Assembly: GCA_050506795.1 (NCBI GenBank)
Contig: JBJHCF010000068.1
Coordinates: 1 to 16,547, forward strand
Length of the DNA: 16,547 bases
Source of the DNA: Opitutia bacterium
GTDB taxonomy: Bacteria > Verrucomicrobiota > Verrucomicrobiia > Opitutales > T3Sed10-336
Direction: 5' to 3'
Made by a program: the position numbers and the translations under genes. The notes below the pieces were generated by a model. That model saw only the letters and a list, made by a program, of their open reading frames with translations. It searched no databases and had not been told where the DNA came from. Shown in pieces: positions 1 to 8,123 of this stretch. Every line of letters begins with the position of its first letter. The stretch's first letter is position 1.

Positions 1-1
1 T

Positions 2-820
2 CCACGCCCCAAGCGCCACTTTCCATTCGGCGTTCTTCGGTTCACTCATACAATTTTGAGGCTTCTTTTCCAGGACGTCCATCCCCATTTCCAACGTCTG
101 GCGCCACTGCAGTTCAACCAGTTCCTTTTGCAACTCTGCATTCGCCCTGGCCTCACCACTCTGTACTCGCCCCGCCAAATAAGCCTTTCCTTCCTCGCTG
201 CCCACAAACCATCCGCGGCACAATCGCGCGAATTCCTTCTCCCGCTTTTCCGGGGACTCTTCCATCACCCACTTCAAACGCCGATGGTAGGCGTTCATCC
301 CCGCCGCACTATCGCTTAAACCTCCCGCCTCATGCAGAAATTCAGCCGGAGTCAGGAATCCCGGCCGGCCCTTCCTGCGAAAGAACGCAGGGAAGCTGCT
401 CAGAGAATAGGACTTCAGATCGTCCAATTTCACGATTCCAGCCCTCACCGGATTCAGATGGATGTAATCCACCACCTGGAGCAACGCGGTCGAATCCTCC
501 AGAAGCAAAGCCTTGTAACGCCCTTGGAACACATGCCCACGCTCCCCGACAAACTTGTTGAAGCGGTTCGAAAAAACCGACTGCAAATACTGCATCCCTG
601 CCGAGAGATTCCCCACAGGCGTCTCCAGCGCCAGGTGATAATGATTACTCATCACCACATACCCGTGCAAGATCCACCCAAACCTCCGGCACGTCTGATA
701 CAGAATCTCGCGAAACGCCTCCCCGGTTCGATGAACCGCAAACAGGGCCTGCCGGTAATTACCCCGGTTCAACACGTGGTAGCGCGCATCTTCATACTCC
801 ACTCTCAAAGTCCTCGGCAT
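2..820 (-). CDS. REP-associated tyrosine transposase (RAYT)-like HUH/Y1 transposase, IS200/IS605 TnpA superfamily; 3' end runs off the window
   Basis: Translated by hand from ATG at 820: MPRTLRVEYEDARYHVLNRGNYRQALF...GYVVMSNHYHLALETPVGNLSAGMQYLQSVFSNRFNKFVGERGHVFQGRYKALL...VVDYIHLNPVRAG. It has the HUH motif (NHYH, H60/H62, nt 635-646), GHVFQGRY, and the catalytic-Tyr motif YIHLNPVRAG (Y119, nt 464-466). No stop codon before the window edge. Confidence 0.93.
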   Translation of the reverse strand, partial: MPRTLRVEYEDARYHVLNRGNYRQALFAVHRTGEAFREILYQTCRRFGWILHGYVVMSNHYHLALETPVGNLSAGMQYLQSVFSNRFNKFVGERGHVFQGRYKALLLEDSTALLQVVDYIHLNPVRAGIVKLDDLKSYSLSSFPAFFRRKGRPGFLTPAEFLHEAGGLSDSAAGMNAYHRRLKWVMEESPEKREKEFARLCRGWFVGSEEGKAYLAGRVQSGEARANAELQKELVELQWRQTLEMGMDVLEKKPQNCMSEPKNAEWKVALGAW

Positions 821-862
821 CACGCCTTTCTCCCAAACCGTTCGAATCCAGTCAATACCTAT

Positions 863-1195
863 TTACTTAGGCCTGACCCCTTTCGCCTCGCCTTCACAAC
901 GTGAACGCCTGCGGTGTTCACTCCCCATCAATCCTGACCTGCGTCCCGCTTGCCGACCGTAACGATAGATTCCTCGAAAATAACTTCCGGCGCCCTTAAA
1001 AAATGCTCCAGGGCCACTCAACGATGAAGCATTGAAAAAGCCTTCGTCGTAAAGTCCTGGAGCTCCCGAGAACAAACCGAGTCTATCCCGTCGATTCACC
1101 GGATTGCCACCGACATACCCATACAACCCCGGCCCTTCACGCAATAGCTCCGCCATAAAGAGCGGGTCCCTGTTCAACCAGTTACCTACAGCCAT
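863..1195 (-). pseudogene. Orphan Rhs C-terminal module (end of core + start of an alternative toxin tip), apparently truncated
   Basis: MAVGNWLNRDPLFMAELLREGPGLYGYVGGNPVNRRDRLGLF aligns without gaps to the full-length Rhs core end GRWLSRDPLFNAELLPEGPNLYGYAGGNPVNAVDLLGLF. The sequence after DxxGL is unrelated. There are no upstream YD repeats, and the frame ends in the RAYT-end motif. Confidence 0.85.
866..892 (-). mobile_element. Putative terminal/target motif of the RAYT element (AAAGGGGTCAGGCCTAAG on the minus strand) with an adjacent 5-bp tandem duplication
   Basis: The plus strand reads cttaggcctgacccc-tt-tcgcc-tcgcc. The motif lies ~50 bp upstream of the transposase ATG, where the orphan Rhs frame ends (...EGEAKGVRPK*). 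From recollection, GGGGTCAG-type motifs commonly flank this RAYT subgroup; the partner end is outside the window. Confidence 0.55.
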
Positions 1196-1214
1196 AGATG
1201 TGGCGAAGGTGACT

Positions 1215-1898
1215 TTATTCCGGGGATGATCGATCATTTTCCAAGGCTGAAGATTTCCAAATTGCCTCGATTTCGTCAACCACTCCCTTCAACCCATCGA
1301 CGATCGTCAGGTTTCCCACAATTCCGTCATTGGCCACCGGACCAAGCTCGTAGGGGCCTTCGATGTATTCCAGGCCTTTGTCGCTGACTGTCAGAACTCC
1401 CTGTTTCCATTTGATCGGGACGATCGGGGGATCGGCACAATTTAGGATATCCACAATCTTACGTCCTTCTCCCGAACCTGATTCGCCTTGGCAAAGCTTG
1501 ATATTCGGACATTCATTCCGGCCGAAGAAAATCTGGAATCGGAGTTTTCTCCCGGTAAAGGAACATTCATTGCTCCGAAATGAAACGAACGTCCTAACGT
1601 AAATATCGTCATTACCATTGGAATCCAGAGAAAATTCAATTATGCGCCCGTCGCTTTCACTTGAGAATTCTTCAATTTTCGATTGAGGATATTGATCACG
1701 TAAAGCATTCCGTCTCTGTTCAAAAAAAAGGTACATAAATACAACGATAAAGATAGGAGGTCCCAAAATCGGCCAAACAAAAAGCGCCTCCCTAAGTGAA
1801 GATACGCCACCTGTAGTACCTGGCGCTAACAGAAATATCGGCGGTAATGAAATAGCAGCGACAATGCTGATTCCTATAATCCGAATCAGAGGATTCAT
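1215..1898 (-). CDS. Putative immunity protein for the Rhs toxin; two N-terminal transmembrane helices followed by a soluble domain
   Basis: Lies ~40 bp downstream of the Rhs stop on the same strand. Low GC (e.g. 20/60 at 1681-1740). Two hydrophobic segments: IIGISIVAAISLPPIFLLA and LFVWPILGPPIFIVVFMYLFF. A purine-rich AAGGAAGAGAG precedes the start (ATG 1898; alternative TTG 1901). The immunity role is inferred from position only. Confidence 0.7.
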   Translation of the reverse strand: MNPLIRIIGISIVAAISLPPIFLLAPGTTGGVSSLREALFVWPILGPPIFIVVFMYLFFEQRRNALRDQYPQSKIEEFSSESDGRIIEFSLDSNGNDDIYVRTFVSFRSNECSFTGRKLRFQIFFGRNECPNIKLCQGESGSGEGRKIVDILNCADPPIVPIKWKQGVLTVSDKGLEYIEGPYELGPVANDGIVGNLTIVDGLKGVVDEIEAIWKSSALENDRSSPE

Positions 1899-1939
1899 CA
1901 AATATACCGCTCTCTTCCTTCACAAAACATCAATTTCTA

Positions 1940-4900
1940 CTAATGCCCGATGATACGATGCCGTTGATCCCACAGGGTCATTCCACCATAACCCACTCCA
2001 CCGAAAAACGTCGCCGGGGGGAATGATGCCGGATGCGCCATGGCTCCCTGAGCAAGATTGCTAATCCCCTGGCTGGTTTGCACCCCATAACGATAATACC
2101 CCCTCTGCGCCACTTGAGCCCCTATCTGCCCACTTCGGATCACACCGTAAATACCGGCTGATCCAGTATAATGCACCGCACTTCCGAAAGCCCGCGTTCC
2201 CCTCCACGCCATCGCCGCCCCGCGAATTAGATGCGCAGGATATGATGCCGGAATCAACAAGCTTGACAACAAAGCGGCGTCCTTCGCCATCTCCAATGCC
2301 TCCTCCGCCGCGCAACGACCGCGCTCCCCGCTCTTGCGAGCAAACTGTTGCGCCGGGGTCTCCCCGAACTCATTGGGCATGCGGTAAATGTCTCCCATCC
2401 TTGGCGTGCGTCCCGTCGCGTGCGACATGTCCAGGTAGTTGTTGACGGCCTGCTCGCTGAGAAACAGTCCCAACAAGTCCACGGCATTGACAGGGTTACC
2501 GCCCGCGTAACCGTATAGATTCGGTCCTTCGGGCAGCAATTCAGCGTTAAACAGCGGGTCCCGGCTCAACCACCGCCCCAAATCCGCATCATAGGCGCGG
2601 TACGGAGCCAAATGCAGGCCGCTCTTTTCGTGATAAAAATGCCCCGTAAATCGGAGATCCGCTTCGATTGTACTGTTTAACTCGTCCTCTCGCTCTACCC
2701 GCCCGTACGGATCGTACTTGTACCGCGCTACGAGCGCACCCTGGTCATCGGTCACTTCCCGGATACTCCCCAGGTGGTCGAAAGTGTAGAAGTAATCACC
2801 GACATTCGAACCGGAGACTATTTCGACTCCGTGGCTGTAGAAGCGTTTGACCGGATTGAACCCGCTCAAGTCCCGCTCTTCGGCGATAGACAGGCCGTCC
2901 CAGATAAAGCGGCGCCTGCTCTCCGTGGTGCCGGAGGCGTTCTTTTCGACGATCTGCACCCGGCGACCCAGCCCGTCGTAGGTAAATTCGCTCCTTGAGC
3001 TGTCCGGGTACTCAATGGCAATCAGCCTGTTAACGGCATCCCACTCGTACCCGGTCGTGCCGCCCGAATCGGTCCGGCTGAGCAGGTTCCCGTTCAGGTC
3101 GTAAGAAAGCGTCACCGTCCCTTCGTTGGCAATTTCCACGGAATAAATGTTCACCGTCTGAAGACCGTCCAGCGTCTCCGCTTCCACCGTCACCTGCTGC
3201 GTGCCCGAACTTAAGGGCACGTAAGCCTCAAAGCCCTGGAAGTTACGCATTTGCGCCTCCTCGTTCTCGACCCACACCTGGCCTGGCTGCGAGATTTCGC
3301 CCGCGAAGCGCACCAGACCGCTCCCCACACCTGTGAGTTGATTAAACTCGTTGTGAACGGCTTGGCGCAAGCCACCACCGTCGATCTGCTCGGAAACACG
3401 GTTCCCGGCCCGGTCGTACCCGTAGCCGAAACTGCTGATTACGTTCTGCTGATCGTCTTCAAGCACGGCGGATGTTAGTCGATACGCCGTATCATACGTG
3501 AATTCGTAGGTCTGTGAATCCAAATTGCTCCGCTCCTGCTTCCAGGAGTCGATGACCCCGTCGGAGTCGTACCCATATTCGTACGCTGAAAGGACCGACT
3601 GATCAGGGAAACGGTGTTCGATCCGCTCCAGACGGCGATCCTGGAGGTTGGGAAAGAAGCTAAAATGTGCTGTCTGGCCATCGTTCGGGTAGGTCACTTG
3701 CTCCAAATCGAACGTTTCATTGACATACTGGAAGCCAAAGGTTCCAAGATTGTTGGTTTCCTCAGCAAGACGGCCTTGAGTGTCGAAGACCCGGCTGACA
3801 GTATTCCCGGAACCCCCGATCGTTCTCTCCACCACTCGCGACAGGGAATCATACGTATAAACGATTGTGTCATTAGAAAATGGTCCATTAACCGTATGAA
3901 CCCTTCCGGCACCGGGCGCTTCCCCATCCACGGGAGGATGGGGATAGGAGGGATCGGAAAGCAACTCTGTCAAGGCATCTTCGATTGATTGGTTAGCGAG
4001 AGTCGCAACTTCCGAATGAGTTGGCGCGGTTTCGGATTCAGCTAAACCAACCAATGCCAGTGCATAAGGGGAACGATTTAACGGACGTTTATTCGGCATT
4101 TCGTACACGATCAACTTACTGCGGTTATTGCCATAAAATAAATGCTCCTCATTGTCCACACAAAAGACGCTTAGGAATATTGTACGGTCTTGCCCCGCCG
4201 ATGCCCAAAACGGATCGATTCCTGAGAACAATCGCGCCCATCCGAACCCAGTCGGCTGAGGGCCGATATGTTTGTTCCTATGGACCTGCTCCACAAAATC
4301 CATATCCGTTTGGTTCTCAAATTCATCAAAGAACTCCGTATATTTGGGCATAAGGAAATTAATCAACGGAATAAAGTCTGAAAACTCGCCTATATCTTGA
4401 TTCTCGTCAAATTCAGTATGTTCCGTAGGGTGGATTGGAAGCGCACTTGGAGGCTCCTCCAAAATAGGATTTTCCGAATCAAAGTCTTCGCCGAGCAAAA
4501 CGTGATATGCTTCCTGAAGTTCGATAAACGAGGGCCATTGCCCTGTTAACGTCAAGTAGATCTGAATAGTCTTGATCCGAGTATCATATTCCAGCCCCTC
4601 CATGACGCCCGACAGAAACGCGACCCGACTTTCGACAGTGCCATCCAATGCCGCCAATGCATTGTCGACTTCAAAACCAGTGGCCTTTCTGCCAAAAATA
4701 GCGACGTATGCTTGATTGACAAAATTCTGATCTCCGGAAACCTGATTCTCATCCATGTAAGGGTGGTAGGTGTACGAGGTCTGACCGATGCCACCGCTCA
4801 CGTTAGTCAACCGATTGACATCGGGGTCCCACGTATATGTTAAGGAATTCGTTGGATTGACGCTATTACTGTAGTTTATCGTATTAATATTCCCATCGAG

Positions 4901-7900
4901 GTAGTAGGTATATGATGTTATTTGTCCCAAAGCATCGGTCATTGAAACCAATCGACCATTGTCCGGATCATATTGATACACAGTCTCAGTCTGGTTCGGA
5001 TAAACTTTCTTCGTCAATCGTCCACTACGGTCATATTCCCATCGGGTCACATTTCCGTTGGGATCAATCACCCTTTCCAGATCTCCGCAAGTGCAGTAGT
5101 CATACTGGGTAATGTTTTCCTCGGAGTCGATCTCCACCATGAGTTGCCGATTCCCGTTGTACAAGTATGTAGTCATGCGCCCTTCGCGATCGACATAGGC
5201 CCCGACGTCGAGGCGATCATAGATCCACTCCTCAAAAGTGCTGTCCGGATATGACACACGGGTACGACGATCAAGATTGTCATATGAAAACTCCGTTGTG
5301 TGTCCACCCGCGTCAGTTATAGTCGCCACTCGACCCGCCGAGTCGTAGGTAAAGGTATAATCAGCACCAGCTGTCGGCCCTTTGATTTCGTAGAGATACC
5401 CATGGCCCGAAGGAGTATTGTTATTTGGATCGAAATCGAGGCGGTCGTCATAAATGTAGTCCGTCGTCTCGTTCAAGCTATTCGCAATTGAAAGAATTTG
5501 TCCTTCGTCATTGTACGTATAATACGTCTTTAGGCCGGCAGCGTCAACAACAAGACCCGGCAGATGATTGTCGTAATCGGTGAAAGATGAAAGAACCTTC
5601 CAGTTTCCACCGACTCGTTGCCTTACATGCAAGAGGTCGATTCCGTTACCGGCGTACTCGTACCGCGTCTCTCGCCCAACCGGATCAACAGACCGGATCT
5701 TCTGTCCTTGATCATTATACTCGTGCTGTACAATCTTCGATGTGCCGGATGAATCGATGGCTTGGGCGATCTTCGAGACAAGCCCGGTACCGTCAAATAG
5801 CCCAGGGTGCGACTGTCCCTGATAATTATAATAGATGCGATTCTCCAATTGTGGCTTCTCTGACTCGAGCCTACGCATGGAACGCGACCAATCTTCCGTA
5901 TGTAGCCATTGATAAATATGGGCCTTAGAGTAATCGAGAGTTTCCGTCCCACCCATCTCCTCAACGGCCCTCCTATCCCAATAGAACGTATTCCGGTAAA
6001 TCCGATAATGGTTCGTATCATTTTCGGTATAGATTCCAATTTTTCCGTCTAAGTCCGAAGTCACCGAATCCGCGGAATAGGGTTGTGGCAGTGGGAACTC
6101 ATTACTGTCTAGACCGTTCGCTTCATGACGATACTCCACCCGTTCCTTGAACCCGAGCGGATCCTCGACCTCCACCCAACGCACCGTATCATGTACTCCA
6201 TTGTCGCCAAGGCCATCCTCAAATTCATCCTGGCTGAATCGAGTAGTCCCGTATGGCGTGATCATTTCCTTGATAAAATCCCCGCCTCCGTCATACACAA
6301 ATTGTGTCTCGATACCCTCGGGGTCTATAATTCTCTCCAACCGACCGGTTGAGTCATATTCAAATTCTACCGTGCTATTTATTCCAAAGACATCCCGCCT
6401 CACCTTTGTTACCAAGCGAACATCTTCATGATCGTAAGAAAGTAATGTCTCGTTGCCCAATGAATCGGTGACCTTCCATAGAATATAGTGCCCTAACCAC
6501 TGATACCAGAAACGTATCGTATTTCCATAACGATCGATTCGAAACGTTCGAAGCAAACGGACTTTTCCGTCTACGGCGTCCGTTTGCTGATGAAATAGAT
6601 CTACGGTTCCATCAGGGTATATTAGCTCGTAATAGGTCGGCGCATGTCTTATAAGACGATTCCCGGAGTTCTTTTGTATTTCAAATTCCCCGCTTACTCC
6701 ATGTATATTTGTTTCCTGAAAATTCGTGAAGGTTTCCGCGCCTCCCCCCGGCATCGAATGCTTAACGTCCGCATACAAATCGCCGCTGTCATGGATGATC
6801 GCGGAAATCCAATTAGAAGTCCATTTTGGACCAAAGTTGGAATATTTGAACGTTGCAGGTTCATTCGCTTCGCGCTGGTTGTAACTTAGTCGAAGATCGA
6901 TAGAAGGTCCGTATGGAGTATTATACCTTATCGGAACATCAACAATATTCAAACTCACCGTGTGAAGGTGAATATTCCAAATCGGCATCCCAAATCCATC
7001 TCCGTCGCACCCAATTTTTTCATCAAGATCGCTCGTAGCGTCCTCGTCGTAACCGTACACATATCCTCGCCCCCAGATCCCGGCAGCGGTATCTATAGCA
7101 ACAGGTTCCCACCCCTCCGGTAGCTCAATATCTTCCGGAACCAGGAAATAGCCGCTTCCCTCCTCGTCAATCGCCTGTGCCGTCACATTCAGATTTTCTC
7201 CAAAAGTACCGTCCTCAACCAAAAATCGATCTCCCCGCTTCGTGATCAATGGACCGAAGTGATCGGACTTCCAGTGAATCACCGACGGAAGAATAATTTC
7301 CGAGCCGGGACGGCGCTTGGCCATGCGCATCGGAACACCAGCGTCCCGCGCCAAGGTATACACTTGCTTCAAGGAAAGGCCCTGCGGTGTGGACTCGGCA
7401 TTGAGAATTCGATCGCGGTTCGGGCGATCCGAGTCGATAACGCCATACACGCGATCCAATGCCATGGGACCGCACAAAAATGATATTTCCGGGTACGCCT
7501 TCATCATAGCCAATCCGATACGGGCACCCGCAAGCTTCTCAGTCGCGGAACCTCGAATATCGCGCCCTCGAACTTCCGAGAAAATCGCTTCCAATTGATC
7601 CGCACGCCCGAGTTTGGAATTAAGCAAAGCATACTCACTCACCGCCCGGTCCGCAATCGCCTTGGCTCGAATATGTTCGTCTTCTTTCGCATCGTCCCAC
7701 GCCAGTTTCCAGGATTCCAGTGCCTTCGTAAACAAACCGTCTCGATAATGGAGAGAACCCAGATTCAGGCGTAGCGAAGCGTTCCATGGCGACGTGGGAT
7801 AGTCATTTAAGTACGTCTCAATTCTCCCCGGTACGTCCGCCAAAGCAGCAGATTCCGCGCTAAGAATTTCCCAATAGAAGGCAGCTAGCGCAGTATTGTG

Positions 7901-8095
7901 CTCTTCTGTCGGCTCATGATCGCCAACAGGCCAGAGGAGTTCTGACAGAGCATGCACTTTGGTCAGAGCCTCAGTGGTTGGATTTTCGAATAAGTCAGGA
8001 GGAACGCGATCAAAGCGTGAATCTGCGCCAAGACCGACTTTTGCTGCGATACAGATGCCCCCAACGAAAAAAATCCGTTTTATTAAAGTCTTCAT
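1940..8095 (-). CDS. Rhs/YD-repeat polymorphic toxin with signal peptide, TPR-like region, C39-like cysteine peptidase, DUF6531-like pre-repeat region, Rhs-associated core and variable C-terminal tip
   Basis: 2051-aa ORF with many YD repeats (YDSTGRL, YDSAGRV, YDNLDRR, YDRSGRL, YDRAGNR, YDLNGNL, YDGLGRR). The core is DHLGSIREVTD...YDPYG...FTGHFYHEKSGLHLAPYRAYDADLGRWLSRDP...NLYGYAGGNPVNAVDLLGL. N-terminus MKTLIKRIFFVGGICIAAKVGLGA. Peptidase motifs LCGPMAL / VIHWKSDHF / FLVED. Confidence 0.96.
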   Translation of the reverse strand: MKTLIKRIFFVGGICIAAKVGLGADSRFDRVPPDLFENPTTEALTKVHALSELLWPVGDHEPTEEHNTALAAFYWEILSAESAALADVPGRIETYLNDYPTSPWNASLRLNLGSLHYRDGLFTKALESWKLAWDDAKEDEHIRAKAIADRAVSEYALLNSKLGRADQLEAIFSEVRGRDIRGSATEKLAGARIGLAMMKAYPEISFLCGPMALDRVYGVIDSDRPNRDRILNAESTPQGLSLKQVYTLARDAGVPMRMAKRRPGSEIILPSVIHWKSDHFGPLITKRGDRFLVEDGTFGENLNVTAQAIDEEGSGYFLVPEDIELPEGWEPVAIDTAAGIWGRGYVYGYDEDATSDLDEKIGCDGDGFGMPIWNIHLHTVSLNIVDVPIRYNTPYGPSIDLRLSYNQREANEPATFKYSNFGPKWTSNWISAIIHDSGDLYADVKHSMPGGGAETFTNFQETNIHGVSGEFEIQKNSGNRLIRHAPTYYELIYPDGTVDLFHQQTDAVDGKVRLLRTFRIDRYGNTIRFWYQWLGHYILWKVTDSLGNETLLSYDHEDVRLVTKVRRDVFGINSTVEFEYDSTGRLERIIDPEGIETQFVYDGGGDFIKEMITPYGTTRFSQDEFEDGLGDNGVHDTVRWVEVEDPLGFKERVEYRHEANGLDSNEFPLPQPYSADSVTSDLDGKIGIYTENDTNHYRIYRNTFYWDRRAVEEMGGTETLDYSKAHIYQWLHTEDWSRSMRRLESEKPQLENRIYYNYQGQSHPGLFDGTGLVSKIAQAIDSSGTSKIVQHEYNDQGQKIRSVDPVGRETRYEYAGNGIDLLHVRQRVGGNWKVLSSFTDYDNHLPGLVVDAAGLKTYYTYNDEGQILSIANSLNETTDYIYDDRLDFDPNNNTPSGHGYLYEIKGPTAGADYTFTYDSAGRVATITDAGGHTTEFSYDNLDRRTRVSYPDSTFEEWIYDRLDVGAYVDREGRMTTYLYNGNRQLMVEIDSEENITQYDYCTCGDLERVIDPNGNVTRWEYDRSGRLTKKVYPNQTETVYQYDPDNGRLVSMTDALGQITSYTYYLDGNINTINYSNSVNPTNSLTYTWDPDVNRLTNVSGGIGQTSYTYHPYMDENQVSGDQNFVNQAYVAIFGRKATGFEVDNALAALDGTVESRVAFLSGVMEGLEYDTRIKTIQIYLTLTGQWPSFIELQEAYHVLLGEDFDSENPILEEPPSALPIHPTEHTEFDENQDIGEFSDFIPLINFLMPKYTEFFDEFENQTDMDFVEQVHRNKHIGPQPTGFGWARLFSGIDPFWASAGQDRTIFLSVFCVDNEEHLFYGNNRSKLIVYEMPNKRPLNRSPYALALVGLAESETAPTHSEVATLANQSIEDALTELLSDPSYPHPPVDGEAPGAGRVHTVNGPFSNDTIVYTYDSLSRVVERTIGGSGNTVSRVFDTQGRLAEETNNLGTFGFQYVNETFDLEQVTYPNDGQTAHFSFFPNLQDRRLERIEHRFPDQSVLSAYEYGYDSDGVIDSWKQERSNLDSQTYEFTYDTAYRLTSAVLEDDQQNVISSFGYGYDRAGNRVSEQIDGGGLRQAVHNEFNQLTGVGSGLVRFAGEISQPGQVWVENEEAQMRNFQGFEAYVPLSSGTQQVTVEAETLDGLQTVNIYSVEIANEGTVTLSYDLNGNLLSRTDSGGTTGYEWDAVNRLIAIEYPDSSRSEFTYDGLGRRVQIVEKNASGTTESRRRFIWDGLSIAEERDLSGFNPVKRFYSHGVEIVSGSNVGDYFYTFDHLGSIREVTDDQGALVARYKYDPYGRVEREDELNSTIEADLRFTGHFYHEKSGLHLAPYRAYDADLGRWLSRDPLFNAELLPEGPNLYGYAGGNPVNAVDLLGLFLSEQAVNNYLDMSHATGRTPRMGDIYRMPNEFGETPAQQFARKSGERGRCAAEEALEMAKDAALLSSLLIPASYPAHLIRGAAMAWRGTRAFGSAVHYTGSAGIYGVIRSGQIGAQVAQRGYYRYGVQTSQGISNLAQGAMAHPASFPPATFFGGVGYGGMTLWDQRHRIIGH

Positions 8096-8123
8096 ACAAT
8101 CTTACTTCTCGTTCAGTTTAGTA

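Noticed and set aside
56..904. Plus-strand ORFs 56-319 and 332-904
   Set aside because: Antisense shadows of the minus-strand RAYT gene, which has clear catalytic motifs.
1196..1279. 5' extension of ORF 863-1279
   Set aside because: It overlaps the 3' end of the immunity gene in another frame; Rhs similarity begins only near 1195.
1722..1729. A8/T8 homopolymer in the immunity gene as a phase-variation tract
   Set aside because: Short, in frame, and explained by Leu-Phe-Phe codons in an AT-rich TM segment.
3917..4756. Rhs insertion as an intein or mobile element
   Set aside because: No N-terminal Cys/Ser with C-terminal His-Asn splice motif, no homing-endonuclease motif and no terminal repeats.
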